64,000 bases of DNA from positions 154,903 to 218,902 of the IMG/VR virus record IMGVR_UViG_3300042891_000711; one strand, 5' to 3'. The number at the start of each line of letters is the position of its first letter. The stretch's first letter is position 1. The translations under genes and the position numbers were made by a program. This document shows positions 18,239 through 30,300 of the stretch, one piece after another. Below the pieces are notes generated by a model that was given only the letters and a program-made list of their open reading frames with translations, was not told where the DNA came from and made no database searches.

Positions 18239-19180
18239 CTAAGTTATAGTTGGTGTACCCCATGCATTAGTTGTAAGATACGTTGATTCTGGGTATACAA
18301 CGTCAACTGCCATTCTGTAGGTTAAACTTAATGTGTCATTCCAGGTTTTGTCAGCAACAGTGAACACAGTGCGGAAAACTACGTTTAATCCGTTTGAGCC
18401 GTTAGTAGTGTCACTACTGCTTGTATACACTTGTAAATACCCAGTGCTTGCTGTGTAACTTGCTGTGGTATCAGTTACTTGCACTATAGTAGCCGGTGTG
18501 TTAAGTACGTTAGTTCTATAACCAAGTGCTGTATTGTTGGTATTTAAGGTAATACCAGACCCAGTGCGTCCTGTGTTCGTGGTATTTCTAAATCCAACAC
18601 CGCCTAGGCCAGTTACTAGTCTAGCAAAACTACTTTCTGATCCGTTGTCAGCCGCATTAAGTGTGCTTAGTCGTAAATTTAATTGGCCACCAGCATTAAA
18701 GAAATAGCGTGCTTGATTGGCGCTGCCAAATGTCACTACACGGTCTACTGTATAACTACTTAAACCTGTTGAACCAGTTACTGATGCATCAAAGTTGGCG
18801 CCAGTTAGTGTAGAACCTTGCGCACTATATAAAGCCGCATTTGTATTAATTGTTGTTACCGCTGTTGCTACGTTGGCAAAGTATGTAATAGTTTGTCCGG
18901 CAGTATAGTTACCACTTAATTGTGCGCCGGCACCACTTTGATGTCCCAATGCACCATTAAGTAGTGTTAGTAATCCACTCCATTGTGTGGCTGTTACAGT
19001 TGCGGCAGCTGCAACTGTATTAATAGCAGTAACAGTTTGACCATATCCTGTGGCACCTGTGCCTACACCCATAACATACGCAATGTTTTTAGTAACATTG
19101 GTATAGGTACCCTGGGTACCGCCCCATGCTAGGTTGTTATAGTCTGTTGCTGAAATTAATCCACCTGATGCGTATGCCAT
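18239..19180 (-). CDS. Virion structural / tail-fibre-associated protein
   Basis: T/G/A/N-rich; MAYASGGLISATDYN, GYGQ and ARYFFNAGGQL; located in the tail module. Confidence 0.65.
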   Translation of the reverse strand: MAYASGGLISATDYNNLAWGGTQGTYTNVTKNIAYVMGVGTGATGYGQTVTAINTVAAAATVTATQWSGLLTLLNGALGHQSGAGAQLSGNYTAGQTITYFANVATAVTTINTNAALYSAQGSTLTGANFDASVTGSTGLSSYTVDRVVTFGSANQARYFFNAGGQLNLRLSTLNAADNGSESSFARLVTGLGGVGFRNTTNTGRTGSGITLNTNNTALGYRTNVLNTPATIVQVTDTTASYTASTGYLQVYTSSSDTTNGSNGLNVVFRTVFTVADKTWNDTLSLTYRMAVDVVYPESTYLTTNAWGTPTIT

Positions 19181-19190
19181 TCTTTATTCC

Positions 19191-20648
19191 TTAACTGTTT
19201 AATTTGACTATTGCCTCAACAGTGCCTTCGCCTGTTGATGTTTTATTCTCTAACGCACGTCCGATAACATTAAATGCTGTCATTTCGCTACGTGTTGCGG
19301 CGCGAGCTAGCCCGCGTCCTGCACTTACTAATCTATCGCCTTTGGTTACACTACCAATTACTCTAACGGGTACACGCCCATTAACTGCCACTGGCGGGTG
19401 AGTGGCGTTATCACCTGCACTACCATTCATTAGGAAGCCTGCGTTAGTACTTATCACACCAAAAACTGCTTCACTTAATTCTTGAACTGCGGCAGTAATT
19501 TCTTTAACTCCGCCAAGTTCAACTACTGTGCCCGGTAATAATGGTGTATCTGTTTCAAATCGTTCTGCCAAGTCAGCGTAACTTGCTGTAATTGCCTGAC
19601 CAATAAAAAATGTACCATGTACGTTAGCAAATCTACTCGATGTACTACCAATGTTAATTGTAGCATTACCGTTAGGTAGTATTGAGTTAGATACAACTGT
19701 AATACCTTGATTTAAAGTATAGCCAGTAACTGTTAAATTACCCGCAACACTTGCTGCACCCTGCGCAATTAAACTACCTGGTAATGTAACTGCTGCAGTA
19801 GTACCGCTAATACCGATTGCTTTAGTATCGCCGCCACTACTTCTTTTAACCCATAAATTCATATCACCATTAACAAAACTATTAGTTAAACTAATTGTAC
19901 CAGTTGCTGAACGAATAGCTAGATTACCAACATCAACTCCGCCGCCAGCGGCAATATTATATGCAGTTTCAGTATCTTGGTCTGAACGTAAATACGATCC
20001 GCCGGCAACACCGCCTACTTGTAATGCATTACTAGCCGATCCAGTAAATTGTGCCCCGGTTAATACAGTTGGACTAATTAAATTCATACCAGGTTTAATT
20101 GAATCAAAACCTGTAATCGATGTCTGCGGAGTAAATTCGCTGTCTTTGCTCAGAATAGCAATTACACTATTTGAAATATAAAATTTAACAATAACGTGAC
20201 TAATTGTATTACTGTCTAAAATAGTTTCAACTACTGCTCCGCTGGTGCCAGATGTTGTTGTATACGATGGGCCAATTGTTACCCATGCACTGCCGCTCCA
20301 TACTTTAAGTTGTGCATTGCTAGTGTCCCACCATAAGTCGCCTGTTACAGGTCCTGTTGGTGAACTGCTAGATGCTGCTGAACTGCTGATAGGCTTCCAC
20401 AAACTACCACTATATACTTTTAATACATTATTTGTACTATCATACCATAACTGACCGGTGCGTGCATTTAATGGTGCTACTGTGTTGGTAAAATTTTCAA
20501 GTAATTTAACATAATTCTCATTAAGGAACAAACCATAACCGGCATAGTTTTTACCAATCAGAGTTAAACTTGTAGCAGATGTATTCACTGTTCCATCTGC
20601 TATACTTGCAATAGTTACTCCTGCTGTTGTAGTTACTGTATATGACAT
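19191..20648 (-). CDS. Tail fibre protein with C-terminal intramolecular chaperone/peptidase-like domain
   Basis: N-terminal SLTLIGKNYAGYG..NENYVKLLENF and G(Q/D)LW(Y/W)D repeats; C-terminal YADLAERF..PGTVV..GVIST..GRVPVRV..KGDRLVS. Confidence 0.75.
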   Translation of the reverse strand: MSYTVTTTAGVTIASIADGTVNTSATSLTLIGKNYAGYGLFLNENYVKLLENFTNTVAPLNARTGQLWYDSTNNVLKVYSGSLWKPISSSAASSSSPTGPVTGDLWWDTSNAQLKVWSGSAWVTIGPSYTTTSGTSGAVVETILDSNTISHVIVKFYISNSVIAILSKDSEFTPQTSITGFDSIKPGMNLISPTVLTGAQFTGSASNALQVGGVAGGSYLRSDQDTETAYNIAAGGGVDVGNLAIRSATGTISLTNSFVNGDMNLWVKRSSGGDTKAIGISGTTAAVTLPGSLIAQGAASVAGNLTVTGYTLNQGITVVSNSILPNGNATINIGSTSSRFANVHGTFFIGQAITASYADLAERFETDTPLLPGTVVELGGVKEITAAVQELSEAVFGVISTNAGFLMNGSAGDNATHPPVAVNGRVPVRVIGSVTKGDRLVSAGRGLARAATRSEMTAFNVIGRALENKTSTGEGTVEAIVKLNS

Positions 20649-20680
20649 TGTTTTTACCTATTATATATTATTTATCTGTT

Positions 20681-22039
20681 CTATACAGTGTATTGGAACC
20701 AGAAATCGCCATCATTACCCTGTCCAGAATCCGGAGCTGATGTGCTTACAAATTTAGCACTGCCGCCCCACCATTGGCCGGCTGTTCTTACATATTGTGT
20801 AGTTGCTACTGCACCATTACCTGCACTTGTATAAGTCTGCGCCTGAGTTGTCGCAGTTGCACCAGATGCTAAAAATACACCACTTGCACTTGCAGTTAAT
20901 ACACTTGTACCATCGATGGCTAAATTTGCACTGCCTGTTCCGCTATCAAGAATTTCTAAGAAACTATTTCCTTGATATATTTTATTTTTTAAGAAACCAG
21001 AATTATTAACAACAAATTCAGTAGTCGCAATTGCAGTATTTGCTGTCAAAGCTGGCATTGTAATTGCTGTCGAAATTCCAGTTAATGTAGCATCAACAAA
21101 ACTGCCGTCAACATAATTTTTTGTAGCAACACCCAATGTAGTTGTTGGATCTGCGGCAACTTCGATAGTGCCGGTTGTGCCATTAACTGTTAAATAAGTT
21201 GTGCTGTTAGTAACTAAATTAATATCACCATTGGTAGAATTGTTTATTATCGATGCGTTAACTCCGCTAACTGATAACGATAAGTCCAGTCCAGCACCAA
21301 TTGTAATTCCACTATCATTTATAATGCGCAGATTACCGGTGCTACTGTTATTAGTGTCTGTACGTAGATAATTGCTAGCAATAACACCACCTAAATAACT
21401 AGCATTATTAGCAGTACCCCATAGTGTGTGACTACTACGTAAATTATGTCCAGTTTTAATAGAAGTAAATCCAGTAATTGCAGTCTGCGGGGTAAATTCA
21501 CTATCTTGATTAATAATTGCTGTACGTGTGCCATCTATGTACAATGATACAACATTATGAGTTATAGAACTAGTGTCTATAATTTGTTCCCATAAGGCGC
21601 CGCTCTCACCGTTCCTTATGCTCCATACCGGTCCAACTAATTTCCAGCCTGCGACATTATACGGAGTAGTACCATCATATACGTATAATTGTTCGGCATA
21701 GGTATCCCACCAGATATCTCCTGCAACGACTGTTGACGGTGCACCAACGGTATCACTATTTTGTGCAGTTGCACTGCTGATAATTTTAAAATATGTACCA
21801 GTGTATACTTTTAATAATTTAGCTGAAGTATCCCACCACAATTGTCCATCTAGTGGATTACTAGGTTCAATGTCATAGGCAAAATTTTCAATTAATGCTA
21901 CTAAGTTATCAGTCATTATCTGACCGTAGTTACTGTAGTTACGACCAACTAATGTTAAACTAGTCTGCGCAGTATCTACAGTACCATCTAGGATAGTACC
22001 AAGTGTTGTTCCGTTTGTTTTTCTTATTATATACGCCAT
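20681..22039 (-). CDS. Tail fibre protein, paralog of 19191..20648
   Basis: Same N-terminal SLTLVGRNYSNYG..LIENF and GQLWWDT; ATKNYVD and ATTEFV motifs; C-terminal GNDGDFWFQY. Confidence 0.75.
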   Translation of the reverse strand: MAYIIRKTNGTTLGTILDGTVDTAQTSLTLVGRNYSNYGQIMTDNLVALIENFAYDIEPSNPLDGQLWWDTSAKLLKVYTGTYFKIISSATAQNSDTVGAPSTVVAGDIWWDTYAEQLYVYDGTTPYNVAGWKLVGPVWSIRNGESGALWEQIIDTSSITHNVVSLYIDGTRTAIINQDSEFTPQTAITGFTSIKTGHNLRSSHTLWGTANNASYLGGVIASNYLRTDTNNSSTGNLRIINDSGITIGAGLDLSLSVSGVNASIINNSTNGDINLVTNSTTYLTVNGTTGTIEVAADPTTTLGVATKNYVDGSFVDATLTGISTAITMPALTANTAIATTEFVVNNSGFLKNKIYQGNSFLEILDSGTGSANLAIDGTSVLTASASGVFLASGATATTQAQTYTSAGNGAVATTQYVRTAGQWWGGSAKFVSTSAPDSGQGNDGDFWFQYTV

Positions 22040-22052
22040 TTTATTATCCTAG

Positions 22053-22727
22053 TTATGCAGTGGTACTTAAATTAGTCAGTGTTTGTATGCGCACTGTGTA
22101 ATCAATTTGAATCAATCTGTTTAGTGATTTTTGTACTGGGCTAAAAATCACGTGTGTTAGTAATTTACCAAGTCCTTCGCCCGAAGAACTAAATCCTTTT
22201 AAGCCTAGTTCATCAAATACAAATTGATCGTTTAAATCTTGGCTGTTATCAAATACCGCTTGTCCGTTTGGTTCACCGTAATCTAATAGACAGCTAACAA
22301 TGATGTCTGAATAAATTTGCCCCGGTACGTGAGTAATCACCATTTTATTGCGTAATGGGTCACCGTTGGCAGCGTTGGTATCATCAACAATCTTAAAATA
22401 TTGTGGACTGTATAAGTCAGCATTTTGTACGTTGGTGTTTGTGGGCAAGTATGTAATAACACCAGTGGGGTCAACTGTAGTACCACCGTTACCGAAATGC
22501 ATTTCAGTAATAAATTGTGTACCTTTATTACTTAAACTTTGTGCAATTGCTTCACTCATGTTTTCATAATGAATAGCGTTGCGTTTGTTTACAAAGACTT
22601 CGTTAGTCTCAGGATCAAATATCTTAATATGACCTTGAAGGTGTATACCACCACGCTCATCAGGTTGTTTAGCTGGTGCAGCAGTTGGTTGTGAGTTCAT
22701 TGTTGAATCTTGCATTTTTTTATCCAT
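22053..22727 (-). CDS. Baseplate/tail-associated structural protein
   Basis: GHIKIFDP..NAIHYENMS, FGNGGT, LDYGEP, FDELGL and THVIFSPVQKSLNR. The start is set 5 nt after an AATAAATA late promoter. Confidence 0.6.
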   Translation of the reverse strand: MDKKMQDSTMNSQPTAAPAKQPDERGGIHLQGHIKIFDPETNEVFVNKRNAIHYENMSEAIAQSLSNKGTQFITEMHFGNGGTTVDPTGVITYLPTNTNVQNADLYSPQYFKIVDDTNAANGDPLRNKMVITHVPGQIYSDIIVSCLLDYGEPNGQAVFDNSQDLNDQFVFDELGLKGFSSSGEGLGKLLTHVIFSPVQKSLNRLIQIDYTVRIQTLTNLSTTA

Positions 22728-22762
22728 ATACTTATTTATTTCATTATCATTCATAGGTCTTT

Positions 22763-24391
22763 CTACCATGCGTCACGTGCAGCTCTAATCCATTGATCGG
22801 TTTCAACACAGATATAAATGTAACTAGCATCGTATACAATGTCACCTTTAATACCAGTATCAGTGGCACTAGCTGGAGTTACATTGGCTAATGTTGCTGT
22901 ATATGCTGTTTGCTGATTTGTACTATCAGGAAAACTAATTACTCCCACATTAGCAACTGTAGTAAATAACCAACTGTAACTTACATTACCGTCAATTTGG
23001 TCACCTATTATAATAGCGGCATTGTATTCATTAACAGTAACTTGGTTGAATACTCCGTTAATCGCTGTAATATTTGAACTAATGGCTGCAATGGACACAC
23101 CACCATTGATTCCAGACGACAGACTTACCGATGGCATTCCTGGGGTATCTTCGTTTGTTTCTAATACACTGCCGTTTGGTAAATTAATATCGCCATCTTT
23201 AGTGAACTGCCAAGTGTGTGTCACCGCTGTGTTTGCATTATATATTAAAACATTAGCTTGGGTTTGAGTAACTGCTACATAATTATTACTAGCAGTTATT
23301 GCCGCTCCGCCAATATTCGATCCGTTTAATACTGAATAATCTGTTCCTTCAAATAATACACTAGTTAGTGTGCCATTTAATGGTAAGTTTATAGTTGATA
23401 CTGAAATAGTATTAGTATATAAACTAGTCCATTGATACGACATGTTACCCAACGAATACAAACCATCTACAGATGGTATAATATTTCCAAATCCTATCGA
23501 TCCGTTAGTAATGTTTTCAATTGATGTTAATTGAGTTGCATTATTAGCATCGACATAGCCCTTCATATTGGTGTTGGCTGTTGTAATTGTATTAGTTAAC
23601 GTAACCGAAAGATTGGCATCATTTCCTAATGCCGCTGCTATTTCATTTAATGTGTCAAGTGCCGACGGTGCGCCACCTATCAATGAGGTAAGTTGTCCAT
23701 CAACGTAGCCCTTCATGTTGGTGTTGGCTGTTACAATAGCGGCATTAGCACCAGTTACTGAATTACTAACGACTGTGATTTCATTTGATTGAATTGTATT
23801 AGCCGCATCAACATAGCCTTTCATATTGGTGTTGGCTGTTACAATAGCGGCATTAGCACCAGTTACTGAATTGCTAATTATAGTATCTTGTGCATCAACA
23901 TAACCTTTAAGTGCTGTATTAGCTGTTACAATAGCAGCATTGGCACCAGTTACTGAATTGCTAATTATAGTATCTTGTGCATCAACATAACCTTTAAGTG
24001 CTGTATTAGCTGTTACAATAGCAGCATTGGCAGCTATAACCGAATTACTGATTATAGTATCTTGTGCATCAACATAACCTTTAAGTGCTGTATTAGCTGT
24101 TACAATAGCAGCATTGGCAGCTGTTATCTGACTTAATTGTGTTTCGGCATTGGCCTGCCAGGCAGCACTAACGTCAGCAATTGCGCCACTTTGTACTGCA
24201 GCATTAGCTGTAGTTGACGCAGTTAAATTTGCTAAATCTGTAACTACAGTTCCGAGGATGTATGTTTGTAATTGTGCAACATTACTTTGTACTGTTGTCA
24301 ATGTTCCGGCAATATTACCAACTACAGGAATTATTACATTCCCCTGCACCGTGGTTAAATTTCCTAATTGGCTAATCTTAATCGTCGACAT
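22763..24391 (-). CDS. Fibre protein with coiled-coil tandem repeats
   Basis: N-terminal IKISQL, 29-aa KGYVD repeats, GAPSALDTLNEIAAAL motif and C-terminal G.KGDIVYD..YIYIC...W.R. Confidence 0.75.
   Translation of the reverse strand: MSTIKISQLGNLTTVQGNVIIPVVGNIAGTLTTVQSNVAQLQTYILGTVVTDLANLTASTTANAAVQSGAIADVSAAWQANAETQLSQITAANAAIVTANTALKGYVDAQDTIISNSVIAANAAIVTANTALKGYVDAQDTIISNSVTGANAAIVTANTALKGYVDAQDTIISNSVTGANAAIVTANTNMKGYVDAANTIQSNEITVVSNSVTGANAAIVTANTNMKGYVDGQLTSLIGGAPSALDTLNEIAAALGNDANLSVTLTNTITTANTNMKGYVDANNATQLTSIENITNGSIGFGNIIPSVDGLYSLGNMSYQWTSLYTNTISVSTINLPLNGTLTSVLFEGTDYSVLNGSNIGGAAITASNNYVAVTQTQANVLIYNANTAVTHTWQFTKDGDINLPNGSVLETNEDTPGMPSVSLSSGINGGVSIAAISSNITAINGVFNQVTVNEYNAAIIIGDQIDGNVSYSWLFTTVANVGVISFPDSTNQQTAYTATLANVTPASATDTGIKGDIVYDASYIYICVETDQWIRAARDAW
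23545..24125 (-). repeat. 87-bp (29-aa) tandem repeat ANAAIVTANT(AL/NM)KGYVDAQDTIISNSV, three near-identical plus 2-3 diverged copies
   Basis: The block tagtatcttgtgcatcaacataacctttaagtgctgtattagctgttacaatagcagcattggc starts at 23881, 23968 and 24055. Confidence 0.9.
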
Positions 24392-24393
24392 TC

Positions 24394-27300
24394 TTAATCC
24401 TCAATAATTGTTTTACTATCTTCAGTAGTTAGTGTATTTACCGCATCTTCTGTTGTAATCATATCTTTAATCGCTGTAATTACGATATTTGTTGCTGTAC
24501 TGCCTTTTAAGAATGTCACTGGTACAGTTGTTGAACCGTCAAATCCAGTACCATCAGTTGCTACTCCACTGCCCAAATTATACCATACATTTGTTGTGTG
24601 TAATTCTATATTTGCTGCAATAGTTACGTTACCGTTATTATCAACAAACGGAATTCCGTTATCGTTTCTACCAACCGGAACAATACTTAACGGGTAAACA
24701 TTTCCGGTGTTAGTACCATTTATTATTATTTCCGAATTAAGTGTGATATTACCAGTTATAGTAGTTGGATAAACTGCAACATTGGATCCATTTATTGCAA
24801 TATTACCACTAGCTCTGCCTGTATTCAATGTTGTAATGCCGTAGTAACTTACTTCAACGTTGCTAACATTGGCACCAGTAGTCAATACTGTTACATTAGC
24901 ACCTGTTGATGATTGTGTTATGTAATCACCACTAGATACTGTAACATTTCCGCTTAGTTTTAAATAATTATCTTGGAACGTTAAGCTGTTTGAATTATTC
25001 CGCACAACCAATAATACTCTGGCTACTGAATCAATACCAGCTACCGTTAGTGATGCACCAGATGCAGTTTGTGTTATTACATCACCCACGTTAGCAGTTA
25101 TACTTTCAGTTAGTGAAAGATAGTATGAACGAGTCGATGTCACAGTATACGGTGTAGTTGTACTAAGAACTACATTAGACACTGTTCCTGGAACAATTTG
25201 GTCAACACTACCATCAGTTACAACTGCACCGGCGTATTGAATTACTGGAGTAGCAGTACCTTGTGTACCACGACGTATTTGCCCAAGTGTATTAGTAATT
25301 AAATCACGAGTGTAGTAAGTTATACGTTCACCGTTAATAAACACTACTCCTGGAATAGATATTTGTGCTATACCAATTGCATCCATAAATGGTTCAGCCA
25401 GTTTGCTAGCATCCGCTACGACAATTTCAGTATCAGTTAAGCCCAACGGAGCCGCAAGTGTCGTTGCGTGTGCATCAGCAATACGCAAGTAACTTTCTTC
25501 ACGCATCATGTTACTAAACATTCTGTAGGCAATTACATCAACGTTGCTGTTAATTTTAGTATAGACCTGCATGTCTAGTGTGTCAAATACAATACCAGGA
25601 ACCATTTCTTCTGGAGCATGGCTCGAGTATGTGTCTACATAAGCACCACCGACAACATCGATATCTTCTGCACGTGTGCCAAGAGCTAAGTCAGTATAGT
25701 TACTCTGTATAATTGTATCAACGGTTGCATCATCTAATAATGGTAAGCCATCTGCATCATATTGTATTTGGTCAAACAAGCCGGTATCAAATGGTGTTGC
25801 TCCACTGAACCCAGGTGCTTGATCAAATCCAAGTCCTTGTACTCGTACACCTGGATAATCAATTCCACGTAGTAGTTGATTCAAATCACGTGCTGGCATT
25901 GAAGCACCAGGCTCATAATATCCCACAATACGATCGTTAGCAGTAGTAAAATTAGCCGAGTTATATTCAGTATAATCATCCGTATGTACAAAAGTAGAGC
26001 CTGATGTTATATTTGCTGTTACTATAAATGCATGACGAACAGCACCTGCCAGTGAGCCCACATGAGTCACGATATCGCCAACGGTATAAGCAGTATTTGC
26101 TGTCCATTCCTGCACGCTACTTGTATAGCTAATTCTATCAAATTTTAGTGTTGTATCAAATGTTCTGACTTGATTATTTTTAAGCACAGCATACGCAGTT
26201 GCTGGTGTTGTATTTGTACCATTGATTAACACAGTTGGAGTTAAGAAATATCCAGTGCCACGAGTTAAGATTTCAATACTGGTTACGGTACCTAAATCAA
26301 AATCAATAATTGCACGTGCTGTTGCTCCCGTAGCTGCGAGGCCGCCGCCAACAATAGTAACGATTGGTTCAGCAGTGTATCCACTACCGCCATATTCCAC
26401 AATGATATTCTCGACACGGTGATTTCTATTCGCATACCATTGATTATACGTATCAGTTTGCCACAATGCTTCATCTTTAATTACATTTTCGCCACTTGGA
26501 CTACGGAATACTTTTGTTTCAGTATCGTAATAAGCCGGTAAATCAAAGTCAGTTACACTACCTGCAAATTCATCATTACTGTCATAATTAATAGAATATT
26601 CACGTATTTTAGTTGAATATGGTTTAACTTCTGTAATGTAATTTTCGTAATACGTTTGATTATCTTTAATATAATTAGGATATTGCAATAGTGAACGTAA
26701 CTTATGTGATACACTAATAAAGCTGGTTTTAAATATCCAATCAACATATTTTTGCTCATTGAATAGATAGTTAATCATTACAAAGAATAATTTGTTAAAT
26801 TCTGTATCTAATTCGCCAACAAAAATATCATCTTTAAGTGCGTTAATTATATAACGAACTTCAGTGGTCGGAGTTGTATTATTAATAAAATTCCCAGACG
26901 ATGTTTTTAATTGTATAGTGCCGTCTTGTATTCCTACAACGTCAAATTGGTTATTGCTGTTAAGAACTAGTAGGTTCCACCCACGACTATTGCCAGTACT
27001 TACTCTGACCAGTACTTCTTCACCGACAGCCACTGGTAATTTTAAGGCATCTGTTAATGTTTCAACTACATACTCGAGTTGAGTGTCTGTGCCATAACCA
27101 GGAGCATACCAATCAACATACTCCCAATACAAGTCAGTTTTATAACTTTGAATTCGAATTATTTCCCAAATTTTAGTAGTAGACAACTCGTATAGCACCC
27201 ACAGGTTATCTCGGGTAGTATCTTGATTTACTAGAACTTTATACCCAACAGCCAATACACTCACATCGAGATATTGTAACTCTATTTCTGTTGCTATTTT

Positions 27301-30300
27301 TAAATTGTATTCACCTAATTTAATATTAGGTTGTGCTTCGGCTGAACTAATAGTAGTCAAATCACAATTTCTTGCTATCGGTTTAGTTATCAATATACTA
27401 TTCGCATAGTCCACTAAGTTAGCATAGGCTGCAAATCTATCAGCAAATATAGCCTGACGTGGTCTAGTGCCCAGGCCAAATTTATCAGCCTGGCTGAGTG
27501 CAGGATCAGGAACTTCTGCACCTAATATATCAATACCAGCTAGACTATCAATTAGCTTATTAATAATTTTAGGAGATATAATACTATTTGCATTACCTTT
27601 TTCTACTAGTTCATACTCACTGTGAATAATATTAGTGTTCTTAACTGTGTTATAGTCAAGGTGCAAAATAGTATTTTTCGCAGAAAGATAACTACCCACG
27701 TTGTATACAACAAATGCATTGTTTTGTATAATTGCTGCATAAGGTGTACCTTGATTTTTAGGATTTTCAATTATATCTTTTATTGCGGCAATTGGTAAAC
27801 GTCTAGTTTCGTTGTTTAGATCAACTGTAGTTTTATCTTTAACCCAGTAAAAATATTTGATACTGATAATATTAGTAACTTGGTCAACATACACAAGTTC
27901 AACATAGGCACTATCGTCGGCATATTTTGGAATGCCTTCACCACCGTTGGCAACATACGCACTTGGTAAGTAATCACTTTCTACCCACTCTAATAATTCG
28001 ACAGTTGAGCCAGGGAATAATCGACCCCAGTTAATACTACGATATGTTAATGTATCTTGCTCATAGTCAATATAACTAAGTTGACTTAGGTTCCACCATA
28101 CTTGTCCAACTTGCTCGCCATTCCAGAATATAGTATCATTTAAACTAACTGCACTATTTGTGCCGCGATTATACACAGCTGGATCGTAGCCGGTTTTGTA
28201 TGATATTTCTTGATCTGCACGGCCAAGTATTTTACCTTTTGCAGGATCAATAAATTCTAATGTTGTTAGAATAGTGTTTGACAGATTGCTGTATAGATAC
28301 ATTCTATTAACTGATTCTATATCCACTGTCGGTTGCTGATATCTAATTAAACTCCAACCACGTTTGTTTATTGTATTATTAAATAGATATATACTACCTG
28401 TGTTTTCAACAACATTATTAATATAAGTTGATGTAGCAACACCATTAATCCAAATTGGATATACAACTTCAACTCCGTCAACTATTACTGTACCCGTCAC
28501 AAAATGATCTGTCCCAGCCGGTGATACTGTAATATTTGTACTAGCAGTGGCATCAGCACTAACAATATATCTAATATTATCTGACGCTTTTTGGGTAATT
28601 ATATCCCCAGCACGTACAGTTACCGCTGTAGATAATGTAAGATTGGTTATAGTGTCATCGCTTGGTGCACTTACTATAATGTGTCCGCCAATTATGTCAA
28701 TTGCTGCGCCAAAGCCGTCGCCTGTGTTTAAATCAGTTGGATTAAGTTGTTGACAGAATGCATAACGTCCAGGATGTTCAACCATATCACGAGGGTCATC
28801 GTACAATTCATATGTATACACACTACCGCTGGCTTTAACACTATCAACAAACGGCGTAGAATCATCATCAATTACTGTGGTATCGCTGTCAAAGGTAGTA
28901 AACGTATTGGTTGTTCCTCCATCACTGCTGATAACCAACATGTATGCGTTACGAGCTAATATAACTTTAGTACCAAAATATTCATTGTTACTACTGTATG
29001 GATTAACAATAATCTGCATGAACGCAAATATAGCCAAGCCTGCGTCAGCATACACTGCACCACTACCTGATAGAACACGTAAACGATTTTTAGCTACAGT
29101 TTTATCACTGTCTAATCTTAAGTATCCATTTTCATTGACTGCCGTAATACCCAATAGTTTAGCATCATTGATATCTTTTATTAAACTATCAAGACTTGAC
29201 ATAGGCAATCCGGTAATAGGATCATTATGCAATGGTTGTACAGTAATTTGGAAGTTATCCAACCGAATTGTATCGCCCGGAGTAAATGTTGGATTTTTCG
29301 TAAATCCTCTGTTGATACCGTATAGCGTACCTTTGTTATGGAATTTCCACACAGCACCAGTATTATAAACTGTATCTGCATTATAGAATGGAGCACCGAT
29401 ATAGAATGCACAATTATTTGAACAAATAGTCAGCGATGTTCCGAATCGTGCACCTTGTTGGATAGCACTTAAACTTCCACCTAAGCTGTCAACCCCAATT
29501 AATTTTTCTAATAGAGTAAATTGATTAGTTTCAATTTTTACATTTTTACCTACCCCAAGCGGTACAAATAGTGTTATTTCGTTTGCGCCAGTCTTAGTAT
29601 AATTAAATGTTTCGATATCATCAACTGTTACTGCATGCACAGGTGCAATATTCCCTTCTGTAGTATACACTGTGCCATTTGTACTATTGAATGCCTCAAT
29701 TACCCGATCGTAAACATAAACAGCACCAGCACTTACATTTTCAACATAAGATATACGCGGTAATACATTACCATCTACAGTAATCGATGCAGTATTAGTT
29801 CCTACAGGAATTGATCGGTCAACTGTTGTTATTCCATCACTAAACACTGCTACGTTAACAGTATCTGCAGGTGCGCCTACACCAAGTTGTGCACCATTTA
29901 AACTTGCATCAATACAAAAACCAAATTCACTGCCTGCCGGTCCAACAAGTGGATAAAGTGGATCAGTTGGATCACCGATTAACGCATAGTACGGACCTTG
30001 TGAAATTGTCAGCGTATCGTTAACGTTTCCGGATATAAATGTTATCGTTGTTCCGGATAAGGTGTAATCAATATTTGGAATGTATGTACGTGTCGCACTA
30101 GTAACTACTAATGAATTAGCATCATCAGTTACTTCGGGTGTGAATGGTACTGTTATAGATGATACTGAACCAGATGTAGTAACTGTTCCATTTGCTTCAG
30201 TTACAAATCGTTTTAAACCGTAGACATAAACTTTAGGAGTCGATTCATAAGGTGCACCGACATATAACCAGTGACCCAATTCATCAAACGCAAAGCCATA

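Noticed and set aside
23545-24125. Tandem repeats as a CRISPR array
   Set aside because: They are in-frame 87-bp coding repeats without unique spacers, and there are no cas genes.
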